Shown piece by piece: positions 47,143 through 56,887 of a stretch of DNA of 64,000 nucleotides. The notes below the pieces were generated by a model, which ran no database searches, was not told where the DNA came from, and saw nothing but the letters and a program-made list of their open reading frames with translations. The translations under genes were made by a program, and so were the position numbers. Position 1 is the first letter of the stretch. Each line of letters starts with the position of its first letter. Origin of the DNA: a virus (taxonomy: Duplodnaviria > Caudoviricetes); the IMG/VR virus record IMGVR_UViG_3300031692_000001, positions 358 to 64,357 of that record. One strand, 5' to 3'.

Positions 47143-47846
47143 GATTCCAGTTCCCATATTTCATTATAAGATACTCTTTTTTTTCCTTGTTTCAATAAAT
47201 GTCTTTTAAATCTATCCTCTTGGGCTTGCCAGTAGTCCGGGTCATTTTCACAACCGATGAAATCAAACCCCATATCATAACAGGCTATCCTCGATGATCC
47301 AGATCCAACGTGAGAATCAAATATTTTCCATCCGGGTTGAGCGTAGTTTTGCAATAGCCATTTGTAGAGGGCTATGGGTTTTTGCGTGGGGTGAATTCGT
47401 TTTTCTTTATTTTTCATGTTTTCTTGTAACAAACCATGCCATCTATATTTTAATTTTCTCGTAGCTGTTTCAAAAGAAGTCCATGCAAGTTCACAATCTG
47501 CCTGATCGCTATTTCCGTTGTCTTTGTCCCATACTATGAAACAAGATGTGTTCTTTAAATATTCAAGAAAATAATTTCCACCCCATATTATTTGATTTTT
47601 TGAAATTCTAAAGAGTTCGTCAAAGTACTTTTTATCTGGTATTTTTGAGTCATCAAAATTAGACATATAATATTGTTTTTCTATTATTGTTTTTTTGCTA
47701 CCACTAAAATTGGTTTTTAATTCTCCCGTTATACCACCTCCCATTCCAATACCATACGGAGGATCAACCGGTGCCAAATCAAAAAACTTATCCGGTAGCG
47801 TCGACATATACTCCATATTGTCAACATAGTATACTTCACTCACCAT
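47139..47846 (-). CDS. DNA N6-adenine / N4-cytosine methyltransferase (beta class)
   Basis: DPPY, QIIWGGNYF, HPTQKP, FDSHVGSGS. Confidence 0.9.
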   Translation of the reverse strand: MVSEVYYVDNMEYMSTLPDKFFDLAPVDPPYGIGMGGGITGELKTNFSGSKKTIIEKQYYMSNFDDSKIPDKKYFDELFRISKNQIIWGGNYFLEYLKNTSCFIVWDKDNGNSDQADCELAWTSFETATRKLKYRWHGLLQENMKNKEKRIHPTQKPIALYKWLLQNYAQPGWKIFDSHVGSGSSRIACYDMGFDFIGCENDPDYWQAQEDRFKRHLLKQGKKRVSYNEIWELES

Positions 47847-47864
47847 CTTTTCATCTTCCCCTTT

Positions 47865-48536
47865 TCATGATTCCAGTTCCCATATTTCATTATAAGATAC
47901 TCTTTCCCTACCCTGTTTTATCAAATGTCTTTGAAATCTATCCTCTTGAAAATCAAAAGGAATTTTTTCTATTTCACAACCTACAAAATCAAACCCCAAA
48001 TCCCAACAAGCTATTCTCAAAGACCCAGATCCTACTCCAGGATCAAAAATAATTTGTCCCGGTTTTGCATCTAATTTTAAAAGCCAATAATATAATGCTA
48101 CTGGTTTTTGACAACTATGTAATATCTTTTCCCCACGTTCAGAATCCTTAAAAGCTCCACACCATTGATGAGAAAAAATTCTCATAGCTCCTTTTTTAAA
48201 AGAAGTCCAAGCCATTTCCCCATCAGCAAAATAATTTCTTCCGGTTTTTTTATGCCAAATTCGGGGAGCAACGCATTTTCCCAAATAATCCAGAAAATAA
48301 TTACCTCCCCAAATAATTACCTCTTTACATACTCTTTGAACCTCTTTAAAATAATACGGTCCAGGAGGATTATCATTTTCTGGAATCCAACTATTAAATC
48401 TTTTTTTTGCAAAACCAGTTAACTGTTGATTCATTCTTAACCCATACCATGGGTCACAAATTCCTAACCCATATGTGTTATCTCTACAACCCTTCATATG
48501 AATCATGCAATCAATAAAATAAGTTTCACTTATCAT
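47865..48536 (-). CDS. Second DNA methyltransferase paralog (DPWY variant)
   Basis: DPWY, IIWGGNYF, HSCQKP, FDPGVGSGS; same C-terminus RVSYNEIWELES. Confidence 0.85.
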   Translation of the reverse strand: MISETYFIDCMIHMKGCRDNTYGLGICDPWYGLRMNQQLTGFAKKRFNSWIPENDNPPGPYYFKEVQRVCKEVIIWGGNYFLDYLGKCVAPRIWHKKTGRNYFADGEMAWTSFKKGAMRIFSHQWCGAFKDSERGEKILHSCQKPVALYYWLLKLDAKPGQIIFDPGVGSGSLRIACWDLGFDFVGCEIEKIPFDFQEDRFQRHLIKQGRERVSYNEIWELES

Positions 48537-48544
48537 TCTTTACC

Positions 48545-50215
48545 TTATACTTTTATCAGTTTTTTTAATATGGAAGAATCAAAAAAATCCTTTTCTTCCC
48601 CGTCTAAAAAACTACTTAAAACATTATTCTTTTCTTGAATCATTTCTGCTATAGAAACATCAATCGTTCCATTTCCAACAAGATAATAAGCAAAAACCGC
48701 ATCCGCTTCTTGTCCTATCCTATGTACCCTGTCCTCTGCTTGATCATGAGTTCCAGGATTCCAATCAAATTCTATAGTAACTGTTGCTGAAGCTACAGTC
48801 AAAGTTAATCCCTCCCCGGCTGCCCTTATCTGTCCGATAAATAATGGCACTTTCCCATTCTGAAATTTATCCACAGCTTTATCTCTATTTATCATTGAGA
48901 CACTTCCATCTACAACTACACTATCCGAGAAAGAACTTTTTAAATCCTCTATTACCTTTCTATGATATGCAAACACAACCAATTTATTTTCAATAGATAG
49001 ATATTCTTTTATCCAATCAATCACTGAATCTCTCTTGGCAATATATGCTAATTGTTTCAAATAACTTATTTTATTTTTTACATCTAATTTTTTTCTTTTT
49101 TCTTTACTCCACTCCAAAAACTCTTCTGAAGCTTTATTATAAACTTTCATCCCGGAAGAAGAACATTCCAAGGAAACTATTATTTTTGTCTTTTTAGGAA
49201 GGTCCAGAAGAACGTCTTTTTTAAACCTTCTTATCATCACGCTTTGAACTTTCTCCCTTAACTCCTCTATGTTTGTTGCCCCATTAAATTCCCAACCAAA
49301 TCCATTACGTTTAGGGTCACAATATCTCATTTTATATTTCCATTCATTAGAAAATAATGTTTTGTTCAGAAGTTTTAAAGCAGTAAAAAACTCTTTTGGC
49401 CTATTTTTAATAGGAGTTCCTGACAAAAATATTTTATTTTTTATAGAAACAGCTAACTTTTTAAAAGCTTTGGTTTTAAAAGCTGTTGAATTAGAAATAT
49501 GATGAATCTCATCTGCTATAACTATTTTTGATTTAATTTTCCGTAAAGTGTTCCACCAACCCTCTTCCAATAAAATCCTCTTGGTTTTTATTACCCCTTT
49601 TTTATTTTTTACTTTTTTTATTTCCCCTTTCCCTAAAATATCATAATTAATAATATAAATAGAAAAGGAAGAATGATTAAAACAATCCGTTTTTCTTCCA
49701 AACAAAACCTCTGAATCTTCTCCTAACCATTTTTTAATTTCCTTTTGCCAATTCAATTTTAATGAAGCCGGACAAACAATTATCACAGGCCTCAATTCAG
49801 GATGGATTTTCAAATATCCCAAAGCCTGTATTGTTTTTCCCAATCCCATTTCATCACCAATTAAAGCACTCCCATTTTTAATTTCTATAAATCTCACCCC
49901 CTCTTTCTGAAAAGGATAAAATCCTGACAAGGATTCTTCATCTATAATAATTTTCTGCTCTGGATTATCTCCTTTTTTCAATTTTTCATAAAGAAAAGTA
50001 ACATCTTCATCAAAAACAAAACCCTTCTGAAATAAATAATCCAAATTTGATTTTAAAGGTAATACTTCCCAATATTTTTTTATTGGGTTAAATTCCCTAT
50101 CCGGAAGAGGAAGATCTTGGACCTCTTTGAGAATCTCTCTCCACTTTTCTTGACTTTTAGAAAAAAACCGTACTACCAATACATCATTTTCCAAATAAAC
50201 CTTTTTGGTTGTCAT
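48545..50215 (-). CDS. SNF2-family helicase
   Basis: DEMGLGKT, DEIH, LSGTP, GEGLTL, QAEDRVHRIGQ. Confidence 0.9.
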   Translation of the reverse strand: MTTKKVYLENDVLVVRFFSKSQEKWREILKEVQDLPLPDREFNPIKKYWEVLPLKSNLDYLFQKGFVFDEDVTFLYEKLKKGDNPEQKIIIDEESLSGFYPFQKEGVRFIEIKNGSALIGDEMGLGKTIQALGYLKIHPELRPVIIVCPASLKLNWQKEIKKWLGEDSEVLFGRKTDCFNHSSFSIYIINYDILGKGEIKKVKNKKGVIKTKRILLEEGWWNTLRKIKSKIVIADEIHHISNSTAFKTKAFKKLAVSIKNKIFLSGTPIKNRPKEFFTALKLLNKTLFSNEWKYKMRYCDPKRNGFGWEFNGATNIEELREKVQSVMIRRFKKDVLLDLPKKTKIIVSLECSSSGMKVYNKASEEFLEWSKEKRKKLDVKNKISYLKQLAYIAKRDSVIDWIKEYLSIENKLVVFAYHRKVIEDLKSSFSDSVVVDGSVSMINRDKAVDKFQNGKVPLFIGQIRAAGEGLTLTVASATVTIEFDWNPGTHDQAEDRVHRIGQEADAVFAYYLVGNGTIDVSIAEMIQEKNNVLSSFLDGEEKDFFDSSILKKLIKV

Positions 50216-51099
50216 AATTTTAATTCCTTTCTTATATATTTCACCTCTTCCTCCGATCTTTCTCCTGGATCTTTTTCCCCTCCCAAATCAATTATCTCCG
50301 TAAAAATCCCAAAGGCACTCACAGATCGGGCATAATTCTCCGCTCTTTCCTGGGCTTCTTTTCCGGGATCAAATATAAAAAACACAGTGTTATATTTGGA
50401 TAAAATTTTAATTTGATAATCTGTCATACCCGTTCCTAAAGTCGCAATAAAATTATCCCCAAACCTCCATACATCAGGAGCACCCTCCATTACAGCTATT
50501 CTTCCCCCCCGGCAATTATCCAAATTATAAAATATCTGTTTGGGGGAAATGATACTCAAATCATCTTTTAAAGTTTTATATCTCAACTTTGCTTTATTCG
50601 TATAATCCCTGCCTTGAAAAGAAACTAACCTATTGTTGAAATAGATAGGAATAATAATTCTATACTTCCATTCCCCTACAAAATTAGTTCCTAAAAGATT
50701 ATACTTTTTCATTAAAAAATCAGAATCATAATTTTTATTTTTTAAATACTTTCTATGAGGATTTTTTAATTTCTCCCCTGGAAGATCTACTTTTAAAACT
50801 TCTTTCTTTTCTTTTTTGTTTAAAATATTCAAAACACGATTTCTTCCTGAATACTCTTTTACTATTTCTGATGCTTTATAATAATTTACCCCTAAAAGAT
50901 TTTTTATGATTATTTCTAATCTTTTGGGTCCACATTTCCAACAATTATAATAAGCTTTGGAAATATTAAAACCTCCGTGATTAGAAGAATCTGAGCAAAA
51001 AGGACAACGAATGTTAACCCATCCGGGTTGCGTATTCGGACCTTCTACCCAATATATAATTTTATAATCTTTCACAAATGACAGAGCATCAAAACTCAT
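50212..51099 (-). CDS. DNA primase
   Basis: CPFC...CWKC Zn domain; RIIIPI, FQGR, EGAPD TOPRIM, KDPG. Confidence 0.85.
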   Translation of the reverse strand: MSFDALSFVKDYKIIYWVEGPNTQPGWVNIRCPFCSDSSNHGGFNISKAYYNCWKCGPKRLEIIIKNLLGVNYYKASEIVKEYSGRNRVLNILNKKEKKEVLKVDLPGEKLKNPHRKYLKNKNYDSDFLMKKYNLLGTNFVGEWKYRIIIPIYFNNRLVSFQGRDYTNKAKLRYKTLKDDLSIISPKQIFYNLDNCRGGRIAVMEGAPDVWRFGDNFIATLGTGMTDYQIKILSKYNTVFFIFDPGKEAQERAENYARSVSAFGIFTEIIDLGGEKDPGERSEEEVKYIRKELKL

Positions 51100-51577
51100 A
51101 AGACAACCACCAAATCTCTACTTCCTTCCAGAATTTATTTACTTTCCCAATACTCCAATTATAGAGACCGTGAAAATATCTATAAGCCCCATGTACAGTG
51201 GGTTTTTTCTTCCCCCCATAACTCAAAATAAATCCAAGAATATTTTGAGCTTCCTCCGATAACTCTGTTGTAGCAGAATCGTAAAATTCTAAAGTTTTAA
51301 TAAATCTATCTGTTATATCGGAAGGTAAATTATCAAATTGCCTATCGTCCCAATTATCTAAAAGATTATTTTTTAAACAATATTTATGTAAATCCTTTAA
51401 AGTCAAAAATAGATAAGTTGAAAAACTGGATTTTTCTTTTTCCCATTTATTCACGGCCTTTACAAATAGATAAAATGCTTGGGCTTCAGCTTCCTCATAC
51501 TCTATCCTGTATTTTTGGGAGGCTATATGGGATGCTTTGTACACCATGTTTTTGTATTTTTCATAAAGGTTCTTCAT
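51089..51577 (-). CDS. Sigma-factor-like protein
   Basis: LYEKYKNMVYK...EAEAQA..LFVKAV.KW.....SFSTYL region-2 pattern. Confidence 0.65.
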   Translation of the reverse strand: MKNLYEKYKNMVYKASHIASQKYRIEYEEAEAQAFYLFVKAVNKWEKEKSSFSTYLFLTLKDLHKYCLKNNLLDNWDDRQFDNLPSDITDRFIKTLEFYDSATTELSEEAQNILGFILSYGGKKKPTVHGAYRYFHGLYNWSIGKVNKFWKEVEIWWLSYEF

Positions 51578-51727
51578 TTACTCCTCCTCATCATATCCTA
51601 AATCCCAATCATCCTCCTCCCCTAACTCATCCACTTCAATAACAATCCCGCAAAAAGTACATTTTAATGTTTGGTCATCCCCGAACATTTCCAAATTATC
51701 TGTACCGCAACCAGGACACTTTTTCAT
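51578..51727 (-). CDS. 49-aa Zn-ribbon protein (not in ORF track)
   Basis: GGAG RBS; MKKCPGCG...LKCTFCG plus acidic tail. Confidence 0.65.
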   Translation of the reverse strand: MKKCPGCGTDNLEMFGDDQTLKCTFCGIVIEVDELGEEDDWDLGYDEEE

Positions 51728-51741
51728 AATTTATTCTCCTC

Positions 51742-52323
51742 TTATTTATTTACTTTTAATTCCTCAAACACTTTCCAATTTATTCTAAAATATTTATACC
51801 GAGTAACATCTTGAAAAATACGACCTGAAACTTTTTCAAATGATTCCAAGTTCCAATATCTGGTTGTTGTTTTGGATTTGGGATTAAACCGGAAATCTCC
51901 ACCTGAACCTTCCGTAGTTATAATATTATTTTCCTTTTTTGAATAAATATCTTTCCCCACAAATGTCATAACATGATTCCATACTCCATAAACTGGATAC
52001 CCATCTAAATCATACATCACATCCCCATTAACATCTTTTGCGGGAATGTCAACGAAAATTAGATCACCCATTTGAAGCGACGATTCGCTCATTGATAAAA
52101 GCCAGGGAGCTGCCATCATCCCTGGTACATTACGAGGAATAAGATTTATTCCTGTAACTTGCTTTAGGGCATACATAATACCACCGCAACAATCAAAACC
52201 CACCCAATTTCCATTCTTATCCAGGTTGTTTAATCCCTGATAAGTTTTCATTTGACCTCCCCCCAAGGCATAACGTCTGCCAATTTGTTTTTTCAATTCC
52301 TTTACAAATAATTTATTATTCAT
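51742..52323 (-). CDS. NlpC/P60 cysteine peptidase (candidate endolysin)
   Basis: YALGG, GFDCCG, LQMGDLIF, NHV. Confidence 0.75.
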   Translation of the reverse strand: MNNKLFVKELKKQIGRRYALGGGQMKTYQGLNNLDKNGNWVGFDCCGGIMYALKQVTGINLIPRNVPGMMAAPWLLSMSESSLQMGDLIFVDIPAKDVNGDVMYDLDGYPVYGVWNHVMTFVGKDIYSKKENNIITTEGSGGDFRFNPKSKTTTRYWNLESFEKVSGRIFQDVTRYKYFRINWKVFEELKVNK

Positions 52324-52348
52324 ACTTTACTCTCCTTTTAATAATTTA

Positions 52349-52606
52349 TTATTTCAATTTTAATAAAGGACACCACTTTGGGCGGTCCCTGTGTGGTTGG
52401 GATATTGGTTGTTTGTTCTTTCCTTTACAACGATAAGAAATATATTTTTTATCTAATTTTTCCAACCAATAACAAATTTTTGCTTCCTGTAATTCTTTAC
52501 AAGAAATATATATACACCCCTCAATATTTTCCTGAGTGATTATAGTATCGATTCTATAGCTTTTCTTTTTAAGTTTTAAATGTTTATGTTTTTCTATTTG
52601 TTTCAT
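52349..52606 (-). CDS. Hypothetical Cys-rich protein
   Basis: RPKWCPL C-terminal motif. Confidence 0.5.
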   Translation of the reverse strand: MKQIEKHKHLKLKKKSYRIDTIITQENIEGCIYISCKELQEAKICYWLEKLDKKYISYRCKGKNKQPISQPHRDRPKWCPLLKLK

Positions 52607-52998
52607 TTAATACCCACCTCCAGTATATCTTGTTTTACACTTTCAATAGCATCCTTCATGTATAATTCATCAAAACATAACCGGGATTCTGGACCATCAT
52701 TGCGCAGCATAACAGTATTCACTTCTATCCATCCTTTAGTAATATACAATTTTTTATTGCCGTAAATCCTTAATCCTGTTGGTTTTCTTTTACTTTTCAA
52801 TTGAAAACAAATATTGATACATTCCGAATATTGGGCATAAGATCCTATACTCAATTTCAAAAACCTTATATGTCTATGATAAGGAAACCCCCATTCTGTG
52901 AATCCAAATATAGTGTATTTCTCATTTGGAATTAAATAATTACATTCCTCTCCTTCTTTTAATTCCTCTTTAATATTTCCTTTAATCAGTCTAAACAT
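52603..52998 (-). CDS. Hypothetical protein
   Basis: Translationally coupled ORF. Confidence 0.5.
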   Translation of the reverse strand: MFRLIKGNIKEELKEGEECNYLIPNEKYTIFGFTEWGFPYHRHIRFLKLSIGSYAQYSECINICFQLKSKRKPTGLRIYGNKKLYITKGWIEVNTVMLRNDGPESRLCFDELYMKDAIESVKQDILEVGIK

Positions 52999-53314
52999 AA
53001 TTTTTACTTCCTTCCTCTTCTATAATTCTTTTAATATCACTCTGAAATATCCAATTTTTTTCACTATTTTTAAATGATCTATTTTGTTTTGTTAACTTTA
53101 AACCCCAATATTTACATTCCGGGTATGGTAATGCAAGAATACAATAATTCATTTCTATTTTTTCAATTAAAATTCTTTGATAATGGTCCTCTATGATCTG
53201 TCCTACTTTATAAGGATTATTAGCAAAAGCATAATGCTTCCTTACCTGATTTCTCATATTATTCATAACATTATCAATCTTCTTCATTTCTTCGTTATAT
53301 TCTTCTTTTGTCAT
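52991..53314 (-). CDS. Hypothetical protein
   Basis: GGAGG RBS; NPYKVGQII.D motif. Confidence 0.55.
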   Translation of the reverse strand: MTKEEYNEEMKKIDNVMNNMRNQVRKHYAFANNPYKVGQIIEDHYQRILIEKIEMNYCILALPYPECKYWGLKLTKQNRSFKNSEKNWIFQSDIKRIIEEEGSKNYV

Positions 53315-53383
53315 AATTAATCCTCCCGGCTATTAATTTATAAAATTCCCCTACCCGCTATGGGAAGGGGTGCCTGTTTATGG

Positions 53384-53632
53384 TTAGTCATTCTCAAGTC
53401 TAAAATACCATGAATCTAAATTACCGCTATATTTAACATCTATTTTATTAATGTTTTTTACTGAATTAAATCTTTTATATAAACGTAAACAGGCAATTTC
53501 ACTCCCATAAGCATAAATTATAGACGTGTCATGATTAGGAAGATCAATTGTAATGGCTGTTTTTGAATATTCCTGCCAAGTACTTCTAATTTTCTTTTTT
53601 TGTTCTGACTCACTCATTTTAATATTGCTCAT
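53384..53632 (-). CDS. Hypothetical early protein (moron-like)
   Basis: Between module C promoter and hairpin at 53347-53371. Confidence 0.6.
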   Translation of the reverse strand: MSNIKMSESEQKKKIRSTWQEYSKTAITIDLPNHDTSIIYAYGSEIACLRLYKRFNSVKNINKIDVKYSGNLDSWYFRLEND

Positions 53633-53640
53633 AATTTTAA

Positions 53641-53727
53641 TCCTCCGTAAAAAGTTTATAAGGTTTTTCTCTTAACCTCTAATACTAAGTTACTACTTTT
53701 TTATATAAAAGTAAAGTACTTTTTTAT
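53641..53727 (-). promoter_or_regulatory. Promoter + leader + RBS (module C)
   Basis: AAAAAAGTACTTTACTTTT...TAGTATTAGAGGTTAAGAGAAAAACCTT...TTTTACGGAGG. Confidence 0.85.
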
Positions 53728-54335
53728 TTATTTTCCATTTCTTTTACCATTGAAACCAGCCCTTCTTTCTTTACGATAAAAACCTTATCTGAAACATCTT
53801 CCATTTCCTGATTATGAGTCACCATAATTATTTGAAGCTCCAATTTCTCACTTAATTTCTTCAAAATTTCCCCGGCTGAATGATGTAAATTCCGAGATAG
53901 AAACCGGAATGGCTCATCCAATATTATAACTCTATCAGTTTTCCCCAAACTCCAAACCGCAATCCGTAAAGCAAAAGCAGCCAAGTCCACAACTCCTCCC
54001 CCAGATGCATCAACAGGATCCACAGGAATTCCATTTTTCATAAAAACTAAAGACGCTTCTGTTTGTCCTCTTTTAATTTCAAAATTAACCTGAAAAACAT
54101 ATTCTCCAGGAAAACAAGAGTCTATTGCCAATTGAACAATATCCTCTATATGAAATTTTAAATTCTGCTGAGTATCCTTTGCTACTCTTTGAATAAATAC
54201 TTGAGCTATTTCATAATCAACCTTAAATTGTTCCAATTTATTTTTTAATGCTTTTTTAAAATCTAATTGGGACAAAATAGATTTTCTAATTCCTATAGAT
54301 TGCTCCAATTTTTTAGAATATTCTTTAATTTCCAT
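53724..54335 (-). CDS. SbcC/Rad50-like ATPase, C-terminal half
   Basis: ABC signature SGG, Walker B ILDEP, IMVTH. Confidence 0.85.
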   Translation of the reverse strand: MEIKEYSKKLEQSIGIRKSILSQLDFKKALKNKLEQFKVDYEIAQVFIQRVAKDTQQNLKFHIEDIVQLAIDSCFPGEYVFQVNFEIKRGQTEASLVFMKNGIPVDPVDASGGGVVDLAAFALRIAVWSLGKTDRVIILDEPFRFLSRNLHHSAGEILKKLSEKLELQIIMVTHNQEMEDVSDKVFIVKKEGLVSMVKEMENK

Positions 54336-54589
54336 TACACTTCATCCCAATCAGTTAACCCTTCAATTTTCTCTGACAAGGAAATCAGACGTGTTTCACA
54401 TTGATCTATTTCTTTTTTTATCTCTTCTTTTTTCTTCTCCGCTTCTTCTACAGATGTGAATCCAAAATCCTTTTTCCATCTATCCTGGATAGATTCTATG
54501 GTTGTTTCTGCTTTGGTTTTTTTGATTTTCAAAGCTTCCACTTTTTCTTTGATTTCTTCATATCTCTCTAATGTCATTGTTTTACTCAT
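54335..54589 (-). CDS. Small coiled-coil protein of the SbcCD locus
   Basis: Heptad repeats; coupled to both neighbours. Confidence 0.55.
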   Translation of the reverse strand: MSKTMTLERYEEIKEKVEALKIKKTKAETTIESIQDRWKKDFGFTSVEEAEKKKEEIKKEIDQCETRLISLSEKIEGLTDWDEV

Positions 54590-55470
54590 TATTTTATCTC
54601 CTCTAATAATGTTTCAATTGTTGAATAAGAGGGACCAAGCTCCTCTTTATTTAGTTTCATTTCTCTTTCCAAATTCTCAATAAAATTCAAACTGATTTTT
54701 TCTCCGCTTTTCACAGATTCCACAAAAGCATCTATCCTATCATTTCTCTCATTTTCAACAGTAATATATTCATCAGTTACCATTTCCATTTTATCCGGGA
54801 CATCTATGGTTTCAAATTCCCCGGTTTCTGTATCTACAATATAAACCACAGGTTGATAATTAATTTTATCAGAAGTTTGCCGAATTAAACAACCCGGATT
54901 CAATATCAAAGTCCCATCTATTTCCTTTGTCCAACTTGAATGATTATCCCCAGTAAAAATATATTTTGCTTTAGGAAATCTGTCCTTTAAATCCTGGGCT
55001 GTGACCGCTCCTCTTATATATGAGGGAATGGTTTTTTTATATGCTAAAATATGAATACCAACTATTTCCTCATTAGATCCTTCAGGTTCTTTATTCCAAT
55101 GCCCAGCCATTCCAATTTCTGAAAAACTACGAATAAATTTGGAACCGTTTTTAGTCAATGCCCAAAGAGTTCCGAAAGAAGACCTATCTTTATTTTCAAA
55201 ATTATGATAAGGAAAATCATGATTTCCCCCTAAAATATAGGTACTCATCCGTCCAGAATTAGAAATAAATAAAAAATAATTTATTAACACTGGTGAGATA
55301 ATTGATTTATCTGCCCAATCCCCTACAACAACCACATGAGCTTTTTCTTTTTCTGCCAAAGCGTATAACCAAAATATAATTTCCTTTTGGGTTTCTATCC
55401 AATTTTCATCCAGGCGGCACCTGGGTTTTTCTTCCGTCAAATGCCAATCGGCAGAAATTAATAATTTCAT
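54589..55470 (-). CDS. SbcD/Mre11-like metallophosphoesterase nuclease
   Basis: ADWH, GD, GNHD, GDNH, NPG. Confidence 0.9.
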   Translation of the reverse strand: MKLLISADWHLTEEKPRCRLDENWIETQKEIIFWLYALAEKEKAHVVVVGDWADKSIISPVLINYFLFISNSGRMSTYILGGNHDFPYHNFENKDRSSFGTLWALTKNGSKFIRSFSEIGMAGHWNKEPEGSNEEIVGIHILAYKKTIPSYIRGAVTAQDLKDRFPKAKYIFTGDNHSSWTKEIDGTLILNPGCLIRQTSDKINYQPVVYIVDTETGEFETIDVPDKMEMVTDEYITVENERNDRIDAFVESVKSGEKISLNFIENLEREMKLNKEELGPSYSTIETLLEEIK

Positions 55471-55709
55471 TATTTTACCTCCTTTGAAGCAACTTCATTT
55501 AATTTGTTTTTTAATTCCTCTTGATCTATATTATCAAAAGCTTCTTTAAGTCTACTTACTAAAGGATAATAATTTTTCTCGCAAAAATCAATAAACTCAT
55601 CAGACCAACAAAAAAGAATCTTCTTTTTTTTAGTTAAATTATTATAAGCTATTATTTTAATATAATCTTTCATTATTTTCCCCTCTTTCTTTCCCCGCAT
55701 AACGGGCAT
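55470..55709 (-). CDS. Hypothetical protein
   Basis: Probable start at MKDY via TAATG coupling. Confidence 0.45.
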   Translation of the reverse strand: MPVMRGKKEGKIMKDYIKIIAYNNLTKKKKILFCWSDEFIDFCEKNYYPLVSRLKEAFDNIDQEELKNKLNEVASKEVK

Positions 55710-56887
55710 ACATCCGGAAATTGAGACTCCAATTCTTTTATCTCTTCCCCTATCTTTTCTATTTTTTCTTTATAATCAATATAATATTCAATATCCTCTA
55801 ACACATCTTCATAAATATCCTCTTTTTCCTGTTTCTCTTTTAGAAGTATTTTAAACCCGGATAAAGTTTCTTGAATTACTGTTAAATCCTCTTTTTTTAT
55901 AATATCTGAAGAAATAGAATGTTTTTCAATACTCTCCTCTAAAAAAGATAAATCCGCTCCCAAATTAGAATACTTCTGATTTAATTTTTCATATTCCTTC
56001 AAATATTCAAACCCTTTTTCCAAACCCACTTTTTTAATAATATCAACGCAATCAAAATACTTTTCCATTTCCTCTTTAATATTTTCATAAACTGGAGAAA
56101 GGGAAGATAGTTTAATATTTACTTTTTCCCATTTACCCATTACATTTTGAACTTTTTCCAAATCAATAAAATTTAATATCTCTTCCTGGTCTTTGTATAT
56201 TTCTATATTTCCCGATAGATATAAACAATTTTCTTCCTGCTCCCCTTTCATTTTTTCTATTCTCTCGGCTTTGGTAATATATTTTGAAGCTTCTTCTATC
56301 CAATCCAATTTTAATAAACTTTCATCCAATTCTTCTATCAATTTTTCCGTAGCAATCAAATCAACTTTGGACTTCCTTTTTTTACTTTCAACTAAAGAAA
56401 GAATCTTATCTATAACATCCAACCGAATAGTTTTATTCAAAAACCTTGCTACCTCCCCGGAGGAGGAAGACAACAGAAAAGGAGAATCCATTTGTTTTTG
56501 AATATTCACCTCTGTAATGTTTAAAGCATTAACAACCTCTTCCGGCACATCTGTTCCAATTGCGGATAATTCTTTTCCATTTATAGAATATCCATTTATT
56601 CCAGGTTCTTTTTTCTCTCCCTTTTTCCTCCTTCTTTCCACTATACATTTATCTGTTTCAATTAACACAGAAGTAAAATCAATTGGTTCTCCGGTTTTCT
56701 CCTCTGCATTCCAATGAGATACAAATGAAATCCCCATTGGCCTGTTCGTAATTCCCCACAATAATGCCCGGAGTATCGCTGTTTTTCCATTATCTGAACT
56801 ACCTATCAATGTGTTAATCCCCGGATGTAATATCAATTCAGAATATTTATGTGATTGATAATTGTTTATTTCAATTCTTTTGATCAA
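55673..56887 (-). CDS. SbcC/Rad50-like ATPase, N-terminal half
   Basis: INNYQSH, Walker A GSSDNGKT, Q-loop IQKQMD, coiled coil ending in Zn hook CPLC. Confidence 0.85.
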   Translation of the reverse strand: MIKRIEINNYQSHKYSELILHPGINTLIGSSDNGKTAILRALLWGITNRPMGISFVSHWNAEEKTGEPIDFTSVLIETDKCIVERRRKKGEKKEPGINGYSINGKELSAIGTDVPEEVVNALNITEVNIQKQMDSPFLLSSSSGEVARFLNKTIRLDVIDKILSLVESKKRKSKVDLIATEKLIEELDESLLKLDWIEEASKYITKAERIEKMKGEQEENCLYLSGNIEIYKDQEEILNFIDLEKVQNVMGKWEKVNIKLSSLSPVYENIKEEMEKYFDCVDIIKKVGLEKGFEYLKEYEKLNQKYSNLGADLSFLEESIEKHSISSDIIKKEDLTVIQETLSGFKILLKEKQEKEDIYEDVLEDIEYYIDYKEKIEKIGEEIKELESQFPDVCPLCGERKRGK

